This document shows positions 55,644-64,000 of a stretch of DNA of 64,000 nucleotides, one piece after another. Numbering within the stretch: position 1 is the first letter of the stretch; each line of letters opens with the position of its first letter. The stretch covers positions 4,032,001 through 4,096,000 of the forward strand of contig OZ242005.1 in the NCBI GenBank assembly GCA_965204725.1, read 5' to 3'. The DNA is from Candidatus Latescibacterota bacterium. GTDB taxonomy: Bacteria > Latescibacterota > UBA2968 > UBA8231. A program made the position numbers and the translations under genes. Below the pieces are notes generated by a model. It was not told where the DNA came from. It worked only from the letters and a program-made list of their open reading frames with translations, and searched no databases.

Positions 55644-55748
55644 GTCATTCCCGCGCAAGAACGTCACCCCGTGCCCCGATACGGGGCGGGAATCCAGCCG
55701 GGATCGTTTAGACGCAAAGGACGACCACCAGAGTTTTCAGACCGCCCC
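55644..55748 (+). mobile_element. MITE family B, right half with nested palindrome
   Basis: Nested palindrome 55644-55697, then the right arm ending GTTTTCAGACCGCCCC|TAA. Confidence 0.72.
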
Positions 55749-55751
55749 TAA

Positions 55752-55885
55752 GAAGCGTTCTTAAAATTAGAGTTTCCGTTTCTGGTTCGGCTTGGTCCTT
55801 TTCTGGATTCCCGCGTTCGCGGGAATGACCCCTAGCGTCGTCAGGCAAGACGAGCCAAAAGCAACATGAGTTTTCAGACCGCTTC
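55752..55885. mobile_element. MITE family B, complete copy (inverse of 6350-6483)
   Basis: GAAGCGTTCTTAAAA...TTTTCAGACCGCTTC; palindrome 55803-55829. Confidence 0.8.
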
Positions 55886-55991
55886 TTAGAAACATTATTG
55901 TAGATAATGAACCCACACTAACACCAAAGGACGTGTACGATTCTTCGCCAAAATTTCATAACACACCTTCCTACTTTCAGGAGAGCAATCT

Positions 55992-58900
55992 ATGCCGACA
56001 AATAGAGTTCGCGTCTTACTTTTTCTTTCCGCGCTGGTGGGCGTCGTCCTGTTGGGCGAATCCGCTTGGGGCCAATCCCAAGCGACCACCGGCGTCATCC
56101 GCGGCTTGGTGCAGGACCAGTTCAGCCATCCCATTGGCAACGCCACGGTCTCGATCAAAGAGACGCGGACCAACTACGAGCGCACGCTCACCTCGTCTGA
56201 GCTGGGGCTGTTCACGGCGACCTTGCTGCCCTTGGGGCACTACGAAGTAACGGTGCAAGCGGCTGGGCACAGCGAAGTGCGGCAGACCGGAGTGCAGGTG
56301 CGGGTCGGCGAGACCGTGGAACTGATCGTCAAAATGGCGCCGCAGTTGGAGGAGCAGGTCGTTGAGGCGACGGCACCCACGGTGGACATCACCCAGAGCG
56401 AGCCGGCCACGCGCCTGCCGGAAGAAGCCGTGCAGGACTTGCCCAACAACGGGCGCAATTTCCTCGACCTGACCTTACTGACCCCGGGCGTGGCCATTGT
56501 GCAGGGGCCTGATGGCGACGAACTGACCATCGCCGGCCAGCGCGGCATTCACAACAACGTCTCGGTGGATGGGGCCGATTTCAACAATCCCTTCTTCGGC
56601 GAACAACGCGGCGGTCAGCGCCCGGCCTTTACCTTTAATTTGGACGCGGTCGAGGAAATCGTCGTGGTGCCCCAAGGAGCCAACGCCGAATTTGGCCGCT
56701 CTAGCGGCGGGTTTGTCAACGTCATCACCAAGTCGGGCACCAACGACCTGCATGGGTCCGTGCATTTTTTTGGCAAGCACGACGCCTTGTCCGGGATGGC
56801 CCGGCACCAAGGGGTGGAACGCGATCCCGATTTCAGGCAAGTGCAGTCCGGCTTCACCGTGGGCGGTCCCCTAATCGCGGACAAAGCCTTCTTCTTTACC
56901 GCGTACGATCAGCAGATTTTTGAAGACACCAAGCAGGACGACATCGAGCGCATAGACGGCCGCTTGCGCACGTTCATGGACGAGGCGTTCAGCGGGGCCT
57001 TGGCCGGAGATTACGGGGCCATCAACCGCACCAACGACGCCCGCGCTTTTCTCGCCAAGATCGACTACCACCTGTCGGAGACGCACTACGCCACCTTCAA
57101 ATACAACTACACTTGGTCGGAGCAGAAAAACGGAACCTTCGACGTGGATTCGTGGGCTCGCAGCGCCAACGCGGTCGAGCGGGACTGGTCTCATGCGTTC
57201 AACGGCAGTTTGCTATCGGTGCTGTCCGCCACCGCGACCAACGAGTTCCGCTTCCAGATCGCCCGCGAAGACCGGCCGCGTCCGTACTGGGGGCCGGACA
57301 ACCCCAACACCGGCCGACCTTTCCCCGATACGGGCATGGATTTTGCCAAGGGCTATCGCTTTGGCATGCCCTTCTTCATTCCGGTTGATTACTACGATAG
57401 CCGCATTCAGGTGCTCGACAATGTTTCCGTGAGCAAGGGGGATCACTTGATCAAAGCCGGTATTGAGTGGAACCGGGTCGAATCGGCCCAGACCTTCATC
57501 GGCTTTGCCAATGGCCGCTACATCTTCAATTCGGTTGATGGCTTTCTCAACTTCGCTGATCAGGGCAACGGCTATGTCGAGTGCTCGGATGGCAGCACCA
57601 GCATGGACGGGACCTGCCCGGATGGGACGGACATCACCGGCCCCGTCTTGCTCTATTTGCAGCAAGCCGGCGTCGGCGGCCTAACGGTGGAAGAGGCGGG
57701 GACGCAAAGCATCCCGCAGCACGAGTTGGCCCTGTTCGCGCAGGACAGTTGGAAGCCCTCGGCCAAGCTAACGCTCAATTACGGTCTGCGCTGGGAGGCC
57801 CAAATCCAGCCCGATGTCCTCACCGATCCGGACGAGGTGTTCTTCGCCGATTTCATCGGCCAGACCAAGACCAACGAAACCGGCACGTACCAATTTCCCT
57901 CCAACGGCAAAATTCCCTCGGACTGGGATATGTTCCAGCCGCGGGTCGGGGTGGCCTACGATGTCCAGGGCGACAACAAGACCTTGTTGCGCGGCAGTGT
58001 TGGGCTTTACTACGCCCGCATCCCGGGCCTGAACGTGGCCGGTACGCGCTCGACCAACGGCTCGCGCGGCCAGACCATCTTCCGCTCCAGCGCTCTAACG
58101 CCCGTTTTGGGACCGCCGCCGACCTACGGCGAGCTGTTGCCCGCGCCCGAGGGCGCTCCCTTCCGGCCCGATATTACGGTGTTCGACCAAAATTTTGAGA
58201 ACCCGCGCACCCTCAGTACCAACGTGGGGGTTGAACGCGAGTTGCATCCGCGGGGTTGGGTGGGATCGGTCGGGTACACCTACGCCCGCACCGACCACCT
58301 GACGCGCTTTGTCAACCGCAACGACGCGGTCTTCGGCTCCCCTTGGTCAACGGGCTTGGGCGCAGACGGCAGCAACGGCATAAACAACCTGACCGTGGTT
58401 GAGAGCACGGCCAAGTCGCGCTACCACGGCCTCAGCTTTGGCTTGCGGCAGATGGTGCAAGAGAACGTGCAGTTCCAACTCAACTATACCTTGTCGTGGG
58501 ATCGGTCGGACGACGACAACGAGCGCGATCCCTTCACGTTCCGCTACGTCGATCCAACTCGGTTGGAGCGCGAGTGGTCCTATTCAGACCGCGACCAACG
58601 CCACCGCTTCAATGGGTGGGCCTTGGCTGCGTTGCCCGGCGCGGTCTTTCTCAACCAGCGCGTGAGTTACTATTCGGCGCAGCCGACCTCTGAATCCTGC
58701 GGCGCTGACAACCGAGGCTCGGGCGCGCCCTCAACGAACCCGTGGGGGGCCGCCTCCGACCGAGTATGCGGCGATGGCTCCATTATCGAGCGCAACACCC
58801 TGCGTAAGGACAACGCATTTTTCTCGTACGACGTGCGGCTGTCGCGGCCCTTTCCCTTGGGCAGCGGCCAATTGGAGGTCCTCGTCGAGGTCTTCAACCT

Positions 58901-59024
58901 GTTCAACACAGACAACTTCCGCGATCCCTCCAGTGCCGGTCTGCTGTTCAATTTTGACGGCACTGTGCAGTCGGGCTTGGGCGATCCGCGCGAGGTGCAG
59001 GTCGGCTTGCGCTACACCTATTGA
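55992..59024 (+). CDS. TonB-dependent receptor, Oar-like, with carboxypeptidase-regulatory N-domain
   Basis: LPNNGRNF, VDGAD, AEFGRSSGG.VNVITKSGTN, FAQDSWK, QPRVG.AYD, FNLFN, PREVQVGLRYTY. Confidence 0.92.
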   Translation: MPTNRVRVLLFLSALVGVVLLGESAWGQSQATTGVIRGLVQDQFSHPIGNATVSIKETRTNYERTLTSSELGLFTATLLPLGHYEVTVQAAGHSEVRQTGVQVRVGETVELIVKMAPQLEEQVVEATAPTVDITQSEPATRLPEEAVQDLPNNGRNFLDLTLLTPGVAIVQGPDGDELTIAGQRGIHNNVSVDGADFNNPFFGEQRGGQRPAFTFNLDAVEEIVVVPQGANAEFGRSSGGFVNVITKSGTNDLHGSVHFFGKHDALSGMARHQGVERDPDFRQVQSGFTVGGPLIADKAFFFTAYDQQIFEDTKQDDIERIDGRLRTFMDEAFSGALAGDYGAINRTNDARAFLAKIDYHLSETHYATFKYNYTWSEQKNGTFDVDSWARSANAVERDWSHAFNGSLLSVLSATATNEFRFQIAREDRPRPYWGPDNPNTGRPFPDTGMDFAKGYRFGMPFFIPVDYYDSRIQVLDNVSVSKGDHLIKAGIEWNRVESAQTFIGFANGRYIFNSVDGFLNFADQGNGYVECSDGSTSMDGTCPDGTDITGPVLLYLQQAGVGGLTVEEAGTQSIPQHELALFAQDSWKPSAKLTLNYGLRWEAQIQPDVLTDPDEVFFADFIGQTKTNETGTYQFPSNGKIPSDWDMFQPRVGVAYDVQGDNKTLLRGSVGLYYARIPGLNVAGTRSTNGSRGQTIFRSSALTPVLGPPPTYGELLPAPEGAPFRPDITVFDQNFENPRTLSTNVGVERELHPRGWVGSVGYTYARTDHLTRFVNRNDAVFGSPWSTGLGADGSNGINNLTVVESTAKSRYHGLSFGLRQMVQENVQFQLNYTLSWDRSDDDNERDPFTFRYVDPTRLEREWSYSDRDQRHRFNGWALAALPGAVFLNQRVSYYSAQPTSESCGADNRGSGAPSTNPWGAASDRVCGDGSIIERNTLRKDNAFFSYDVRLSRPFPLGSGQLEVLVEVFNLFNTDNFRDPSSAGLLFNFDGTVQSGLGDPREVQVGLRYTY

Positions 59025-59038
59025 GCGGGGCGCGGTGG

Positions 59039-59074
59039 AGGGACGGGGCGCAACTGGGGTTCCGTCCCTTTTTT
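59039..59074 (+). terminator. Intrinsic terminator
   Basis: AGGGACGGGGC...GTTCCGTCCCT followed by a T run. Confidence 0.65.
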
Positions 59075-59092
59075 GTGGAGAAGTGGGTGTAG

Positions 59093-60328
59093 ATGGAACG
59101 GCTAATCAGTCTGTTCGGACTTTTGATTATGGTCGCCTTGGCCTTGGCCTTGAGTGCTGACCGGCGCAAGGTGGATCGACGCCTCTTGTTGGGGGGACTG
59201 GGGCTGCAATTCGCCTTGGCTCTGCTCGTTCTCAAGACGGCGTTTGGGCAGGCGTTTTTCGGCTACATCGGCACGTTCTTTGCCGCCTTGTTCAGCTATG
59301 TCGATGCCGGGTCCGAATTTGTTTTTGGTGCTGATTTCAGCGAGCACTTTTTCGCTTTTAAGGTGCTGCCGACCATCATCTTTTTTTCCGCCCTGATGAG
59401 TGTGCTCTACCACTTGGGCTTGGTCCAATACGGGGTGGCGGCCTTCGCTTGGGTCATGCGACGCACCCTGCACACCTCGGGCGCGGAGAGCTTGGCCGCC
59501 GCGGCCAATATCTTCGTCGGCCAAACCGAGGCACCGCTGGTGGTGCGCCCATACGTGGCCAGCATGACCCGGTCGGAGCTAATGGCCTTGATGGTGGGCG
59601 GGTTTGCCACCATTGCCGGAGGCGTATTGGCGGCCTTTGTCGGCTTGGGAATCGACGCCGGGCACTTGGTGGCCGCCTCGGTGATTTCGGCCCCGGCCGC
59701 GCTGTTGGTGGCCAAGGTGATGCAGCCGGAAGTGGAGGCATCCAAGACCTTGGGGCAAGTAGCTATCGAGGTGGAGCGCACGGCCACCAATGTGGTGGAA
59801 GCCGCGGCCAACGGCACGTTGGATGGCTTGCGGCTGGCCCTGAACGTGGGGGCCATGCTCATTGCCGCCTTGGCCTTGATCGCCCTGCTGGATGGGGCGG
59901 TGGGCTTATTGGGCCGGGGCGTGGGCTACCTCCTCGGTATGGAGGGCTTGGCGTGGTCTTTGTCCGCGGCACTGGGCTACCTCTTTGCGCCCTTTGCTTG
60001 GCTGATGGGGATTGAGGCGAGGGATTGTTTGGCGGCCGGTGAGTTGTTGGGCAAGAAAATGGTGGCCAATGAATTTGTCTCGTACGTCCAACTGAGCCAG
60101 TGGCTCCAGCCCGGCTCGGGCGTAGATCTGAGTCCGCGCTCGGTGGCTATTTTGACGTATGCCCTGTGCGGCTTCGCCAACTTCAGCAGTATTGGCATCC
60201 AGATCGGCGGCATTGGCTCCATCGCCCCGACGCGGCGCGGCGAGTTGGCGCGGTTGGGTTTCCGCGCCATGCTCGGCGGCACGTTGGCCTGTTTTATGAC
60301 GGCCTGCGTCGCCGGGATTTTACTGTAA
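59093..60328 (+). CDS. nupC: Concentrative nucleoside transporter (CNT/NupC family)
   Basis: FAFKVLPTIIFFSAL, SGAES..ANIFVGQTEAPL, NEFVSY, YALCGFANFSSIGIQIG. Confidence 0.93.
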   Translation: MERLISLFGLLIMVALALALSADRRKVDRRLLLGGLGLQFALALLVLKTAFGQAFFGYIGTFFAALFSYVDAGSEFVFGADFSEHFFAFKVLPTIIFFSALMSVLYHLGLVQYGVAAFAWVMRRTLHTSGAESLAAAANIFVGQTEAPLVVRPYVASMTRSELMALMVGGFATIAGGVLAAFVGLGIDAGHLVAASVISAPAALLVAKVMQPEVEASKTLGQVAIEVERTATNVVEAAANGTLDGLRLALNVGAMLIAALALIALLDGAVGLLGRGVGYLLGMEGLAWSLSAALGYLFAPFAWLMGIEARDCLAAGELLGKKMVANEFVSYVQLSQWLQPGSGVDLSPRSVAILTYALCGFANFSSIGIQIGGIGSIAPTRRGELARLGFRAMLGGTLACFMTACVAGILL

Positions 60329-60488
60329 ACTCAAGAGACATACCCGCCTGTACGAATATTTTCATGTCGCAACTCTGCGAGCAATAGTACCGCGGAGCCA
60401 GCGTAAGTTCCTGAGCGCGGCGTTTCCCGCTTACGAGGAGTTTGTATTATTTTATATTATTATTAACGACCCCATCGGAGAACGAACC

Positions 60489-60941
60489 ATGAGCGAGCCA
60501 CGCACAGAGCGTCAAGACCCAGAGCGCGGGCAAGGCCCCGCCGCCCTTAGCAAGGAGCAAATCGAATTGATAGACGCCATCTTAGAACCCCGGTTTGAGA
60601 AGGTGGTTGCGGAGATGCGCCTTATAGCCAAAGAGGAGGGGGAGAAGATGCGCGACTCGATGGATACGGCGATTAAGGAGTTACGCGCCGAGGCGAAGGA
60701 GTTGCGCGCCGAGATGAAGGACGAAGTGCGCCAGCAATCCAAGTATTTTTGTTGGGTTATAGGTATTCTGGTCTCTATTTGGCTTGCTGCGGGGGTTCTT
60801 GCTGTAAATAAGTGGCCGCAAGCTACGCCGGTCGCTCCGGCAGCCCCGGTTGCTCAAGCCGCGCCTGCTATTCCCGACGAGCCTCCCGGTCTGAGCCAGC
60901 CTCCCGATCTGATCGAGCCTCCCGATCTGAGCCAGCCCTAA
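60489..60941 (+). CDS. Small coiled-coil + single TM protein with Pro-rich repeat tail (DUF1640/CCDC90-like)
   Basis: GGAG before ATG; KELRAEAKELRAEMK, hydrophobic WVIGILVSIWLAAGVLAV, PPxLxxPP repeats. Confidence 0.6.
   Translation: MSEPRTERQDPERGQGPAALSKEQIELIDAILEPRFEKVVAEMRLIAKEEGEKMRDSMDTAIKELRAEAKELRAEMKDEVRQQSKYFCWVIGILVSIWLAAGVLAVNKWPQATPVAPAAPVAQAAPAIPDEPPGLSQPPDLIEPPDLSQP
60879..60938 (+). repeat. 18-bp tandem repeat, about 3 copies
   Basis: gagcctcccggtctgagc / cagcctcccgatctgatc / gagcctcccgatctgagc. Confidence 0.7.
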
Positions 60942-61182
60942 TTCCCATACGCGCACCCGGTACTACGATAAAGCGGCCCAAAAAACAGAAACGCCGTCCT
61001 CTTTTTTGAAAAAAGGCCATTAGACACAAAAAAGCCCCGTCCATTCGGACAGAGCCTTTTGACACTCCGCTTCAACCACAAGTAATTGATAATTATTCCT
61101 AAAAAGGGCCAAATCGCGGTAGATCGGCGATCCTCGATGAAAAAACCGCCGATAACCAGAGTTATCAGTGGTCTCCGCATAT

Positions 61183-61218
61183 AAAAAAAGCCCCGTCACC
61201 GGCAAGCGGCAACGGGGC
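61183..61218 (-). terminator. Intrinsic terminator of the LRR gene
   Basis: Minus strand GCCCCGTTGCCG-cttgc-CGGTGACGGGGC-TTTTTTT. Confidence 0.75.
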
Positions 61219-61253
61219 GTTGGGCGTCCTCAGAGTAGAGGACGAGGCTACTG

Positions 61254-62096
61254 CTAGGAGGGCGGAGGCCCGTGATCTACGGATACCCCTTCCCCTTTCA
61301 AGAATAAGAGAAGAGGGTGAAGCTCGCGGGTAACGGAGTTGTAAGCAATATTAATCCTCTGTACGCGCAAATCTGCCAGAACTTTCAGACAAGCAAGCGG
61401 CTTGAAACTCGTAATACCCCGGTTGCCATTTAGGTTTAAGTATTCCAACTTGGGCAAATCTTCCAAAAAAGAAATATCCGTAAGCCCAAGCGCATTTACC
61501 TTTAGATCGGTCAAGTTGGGCATTCCGGCAACCGCTGCCTTCAGACCGTCGCTGCCCATCCTCTGCTTGACGCCGTCCACCACCTGGTAGTTGACCCCTA
61601 TCCGAAGAGAAGTCAACTTGTTCAGACCGGCCAAAGAAGAAACATCCGTAATTTGGTTTTCTGCCAAGTACAAGATTTCCAACTTGTCCAGATCGGCCAA
61701 AGGAGTTACATCCTCAATGCTGTTGCTGCTTAGGTACAGCTCTGTCAAGTTGGTAGCGTGCTCAAGGCCGGTCAAGTCGCTAATCCCTTTGCCGCCAGCG
61801 GAAAGCGTTTCTAGCTTTGCAAGGTTTGCCGTTGTAAGCGGGTTTGTCCCTGCGGGAATGTCAAGTTTCCCTGCTGCCGACAAATCCCAGAGTCCTTGAG
61901 TAACCGCTACCCTTAGACTATCGTCGAGAATGCGAACCTCGGTCGAAAACGTCGATACTTGTGTTGCCGATCCGTCATCGTCCGTCACGGCCTTGTTTGA
62001 AGGGCTGACGGGCGAGGAGTCGGACGAGCACCCGATCCACGCGCCGAAGAAAGCCAGCAGGCTGAGGCCCAGTAGGTTTTTGAGTGACTTGAACAT
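61254..62096 (-). CDS. Internalin-like leucine-rich repeat lipoprotein
   Basis: WIGC lipobox; ISDLTGLEHATNLTELYLSSNSIEDVTPLADL 22-aa LRRs. Confidence 0.85.
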   Translation of the reverse strand: MFKSLKNLLGLSLLAFFGAWIGCSSDSSPVSPSNKAVTDDDGSATQVSTFSTEVRILDDSLRVAVTQGLWDLSAAGKLDIPAGTNPLTTANLAKLETLSAGGKGISDLTGLEHATNLTELYLSSNSIEDVTPLADLDKLEILYLAENQITDVSSLAGLNKLTSLRIGVNYQVVDGVKQRMGSDGLKAAVAGMPNLTDLKVNALGLTDISFLEDLPKLEYLNLNGNRGITSFKPLACLKVLADLRVQRINIAYNSVTRELHPLLLFLKGEGVSVDHGPPPS

Positions 62097-62201
62097 GGTT
62101 TTTCCTTCCGTTGGAGTGAGCGGCGTACCCGCCTTGAGTTACGCCGCAGGTTACGAGACTGATCCACGACGGCAGTTTGTCAATCGCCCTTTTGCGCGGC
62201 G

Positions 62202-62999
62202 TCAAGGACACCGTAGAGGATACACTCTAGGGATGTGGTCAAACGCTACGGCCTGTTTCTTCGGGATGCGTTCAGCGGTGGCAACCGCTTGAACGCTTGC
62301 CACCGCCGGGTCGTCGCGGCCATTGCGTCGTCTATTGCCCTCTCCCGCTTTGGCGATTTTCGCATTGCCCGCCGGGTCTTGGACAAGCCTTGTTTCCGCA
62401 ACTGCTGAACGCAGCAGGAGGCTTTGCGTTGGCTTGACTCGGCCCTCAAGGAAGGCCGTTTTGAAGGCCCTAACATCCTCGCTGCCGTCTTTGAAACCCA
62501 TGCCCCGCGCTTGCACGGGGGCAAGTAGCGCGGCGTTGGTCATGGCGTCGTGCAATTCGCCCAACCGCCATCTATCGGCAGCGATGGCGTCCGGGTAGCC
62601 AAGCCTAAGCTGCGCGGCGTTCAAGAGTTCGCCCACTGGCACGACCTTGTCACCAAGCAAGAGTAGTTCGGCCCTATCTGCCATATTCCGATACAAGCCC
62701 GGTTTCACGCCGTCGAAACGTTCACGGACGCCCAACGGCGGATCGTTGGGGAATGCTGCGATGGCGTCAAGACGGCCTGTTTCCGGGTAGTATGCGGCAA
62801 CGGCGCTCATTGCCGCAGTTGCCCCTAAGTCAATGCCCCAAACACAAGGGCCGGTCTTGTTCGCGCTTGTCGTTACTTCGTCCTCTACGGCCAACCATTC
62901 GTCAGGAGTTACCAAGTAGAGGACGACCACGTCGCTGACGCCCATGTTCAAGCGCAACGCCTTGAATTGGGCAAGCAGGGATGGGTCTCGTTGGGCCGC
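62202..62999 (-). pseudogene. 5'-truncated phage terminase large subunit (nuclease domain only)
   Basis: Frame opens after a TGA at 63000-63002: AAQRDPSLLAQFKALRLN..EW..WGIDLG..ADRW..QDPAGN.K..K..RDDPAVA; no ATPase domain. Confidence 0.72.
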
Positions 63000-63052
63000 T
63001 CACCAAACCCATAACTACAAGCACCACACCGCCCAAGCAAGCCTCAGATAGC

Positions 63053-63700
63053 CTACCCGTCCACAGACTCCAAATAATCCGCCACCTCCAACCAACTGCC
63101 CCGGGCCGCCTCGTCCCGAGCCGTATAGCCATCGTCGTTCTTAGCCCTCACATCCGCCCCCTGCTCTACCAAATACCGCACCACTTCCAACGAGCCGCAC
63201 CAAGCCGCCAAGTGAAGAACCGTAGTGCCGCTGTTGGTCGTAGCCCTCACCTCCGCCCCCTGCTCTACCAAATACCGCACGATCCCCAACCGACCCTCCA
63301 AAGCCGCGGAGTGAAGAACCGCAACGCCGCGGTTAGTCGTAGCGTTCACCTCCGCCCCCTGCTCTACCAAATACCGCACCACTTCCAACGAGCCGCCCGA
63401 GGCCGCCCAGTGCAGAGCCGCCCAGTGCAGAGCCGTCCAGCCGCGGTCATTTGTAGCGTTCACCTCCGCCCCCGCACCCACCAAATACCGCACGATCCCC
63501 AACTGACCCTCCAAAGCCGCGGAGTGCAAAGCCGTAAAGCCAGCGTTATCCTTAGCATTAACCGGCATACCCGCCTCCACAAACAGTTTGACAACCTCTA
63601 CGTTGCCCTCGCCCGCCGCAGCACCAAAAGCCGCTGCCGTATAGTCAATACCACGCCGACCCAGCGCCGCACGTGCATCACCCGAATCCAACGACACCAT
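63053..63700 (-). CDS. Ankyrin repeat protein
   Basis: AGGAG RBS; about five repeats G.TALH.AA..G.L.(I/V)VRYLVEQGAEVNA; 99-bp DNA periodicity. Confidence 0.92.
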   Translation of the reverse strand: MVSLDSGDARAALGRRGIDYTAAAFGAAAGEGNVEVVKLFVEAGMPVNAKDNAGFTALHSAALEGQLGIVRYLVGAGAEVNATNDRGWTALHWAALHWAASGGSLEVVRYLVEQGAEVNATTNRGVAVLHSAALEGRLGIVRYLVEQGAEVRATTNSGTTVLHLAAWCGSLEVVRYLVEQGADVRAKNDDGYTARDEAARGSWLEVADYLESVDG

Positions 63701-63717
63701 AGAAAAGCTCCTTTCTC

Positions 63718-63806
63718 AATGAACTACGAAATGAACTACGTGAACTACGAAATGAACTACGAGTTGACCATTTTAGCACAAAAAGCACAAAAAGCACAAA
63801 AAGCAC
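63718..63806. repeat. Two short tandem repeat tracts upstream of the ankyrin gene
   Basis: TGAACTACG core x4 (63718-63762) and (GCACAAAAA)x3.4 (63776-63806). Confidence 0.75.
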
Positions 63807-63869
63807 CCCCCTCGTATTTGCCCGTATCAGTATCGGGCAACGGCGGCAAAACGTTGCTCCACAAGGCGT

Positions 63870-64000
63870 CTATTTCTGCTCGTGAGAGCGCGTTTCGAGG
63901 CCGAGCACGGCAATGGCCTCAACCTCGACGAGCATCCCGGGCAGCACCAAGTCGGCGACCGTCACGGTAGAACTGGCGGGGACGTGGTTGGGAAAGGCTT
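63870..64000 (-). CDS. RidA/YjgF family protein, 3' end only
   Basis: Manual translation AFPNHVPASSTVTVADLVLPGMLVEVEAIAVLG..*. Confidence 0.8.
   Translation of the reverse strand, partial: AFPNHVPASSTVTVADLVLPGMLVEVEAIAVLGLETRSHEQK

Noticed and set aside
716-55885. Integron with attC sites
   Set aside because: No integrase is present, and the repeats have TIR/target-duplication structure in mixed orientations rather than attC R/L boxes
62097-62200. Leader hairpin GCGGCGTA..TACGCCGC upstream of the LRR gene as a riboswitch
   Set aside because: A single stem with no aptamer consensus that I recognise
63718-63806. Possible CRISPR or iteron array
   Set aside because: Units are 9-11 bp with no spacers, and no cas or rep gene is nearby
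62981-63970. 329-aa repetitive plus-strand ORF
   Set aside because: Antisense of the ankyrin repeats and SSR tracts

Overview
GC-rich bacterial DNA. The gene repertoire (FG-GAP/CRTAC1 propellers, TPR proteins, FlgD/T9SS-type C-terminal domains, a C-terminal TWGxIK tail, DUF6785, PhyH dioxygenases, ankyrin and LRR proteins) suggests a Candidatus Latescibacterota-like FCB-group organism, possibly a sponge symbiont. That assignment is inference. Left to right: (1) nucleobase/nucleoside uptake genes, then a TPR / CRTAC1 / fused spermidine-synthase / DUF6785 block (1-13.2 kb). (2) A roughly 26 kb, almost entirely minus-strand cell-surface locus (13.3-39.2 kb) with three paralogous secreted proteins ending in TPNGDG-type CTDs, two translationally coupled ~930-950 aa paralogues of unknown function, a TWGQIK-tailed protein, a PpiC foldase, an L-domain lipoprotein and three GT-C-type membrane proteins; a PorV-like gene lies 7 kb away. 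This is the best candidate for an undescribed secretion or surface-assembly system. (3) An Rpn-family nuclease with a strong internal in-frame start, sitting inside a split MITE. (4) Mixed metabolic genes and a sugar-acid catabolic cluster. (5) A TonB receptor and nupC. (6) A terminal islet in which a truncated phage terminase lies between ankyrin and internalin-like LRR genes. Three MITE families, each carrying a different REP-like palindrome, punctuate the window. No rRNA, tRNA or CRISPR array was seen. All family calls come from motif recognition by eye, not database searches.
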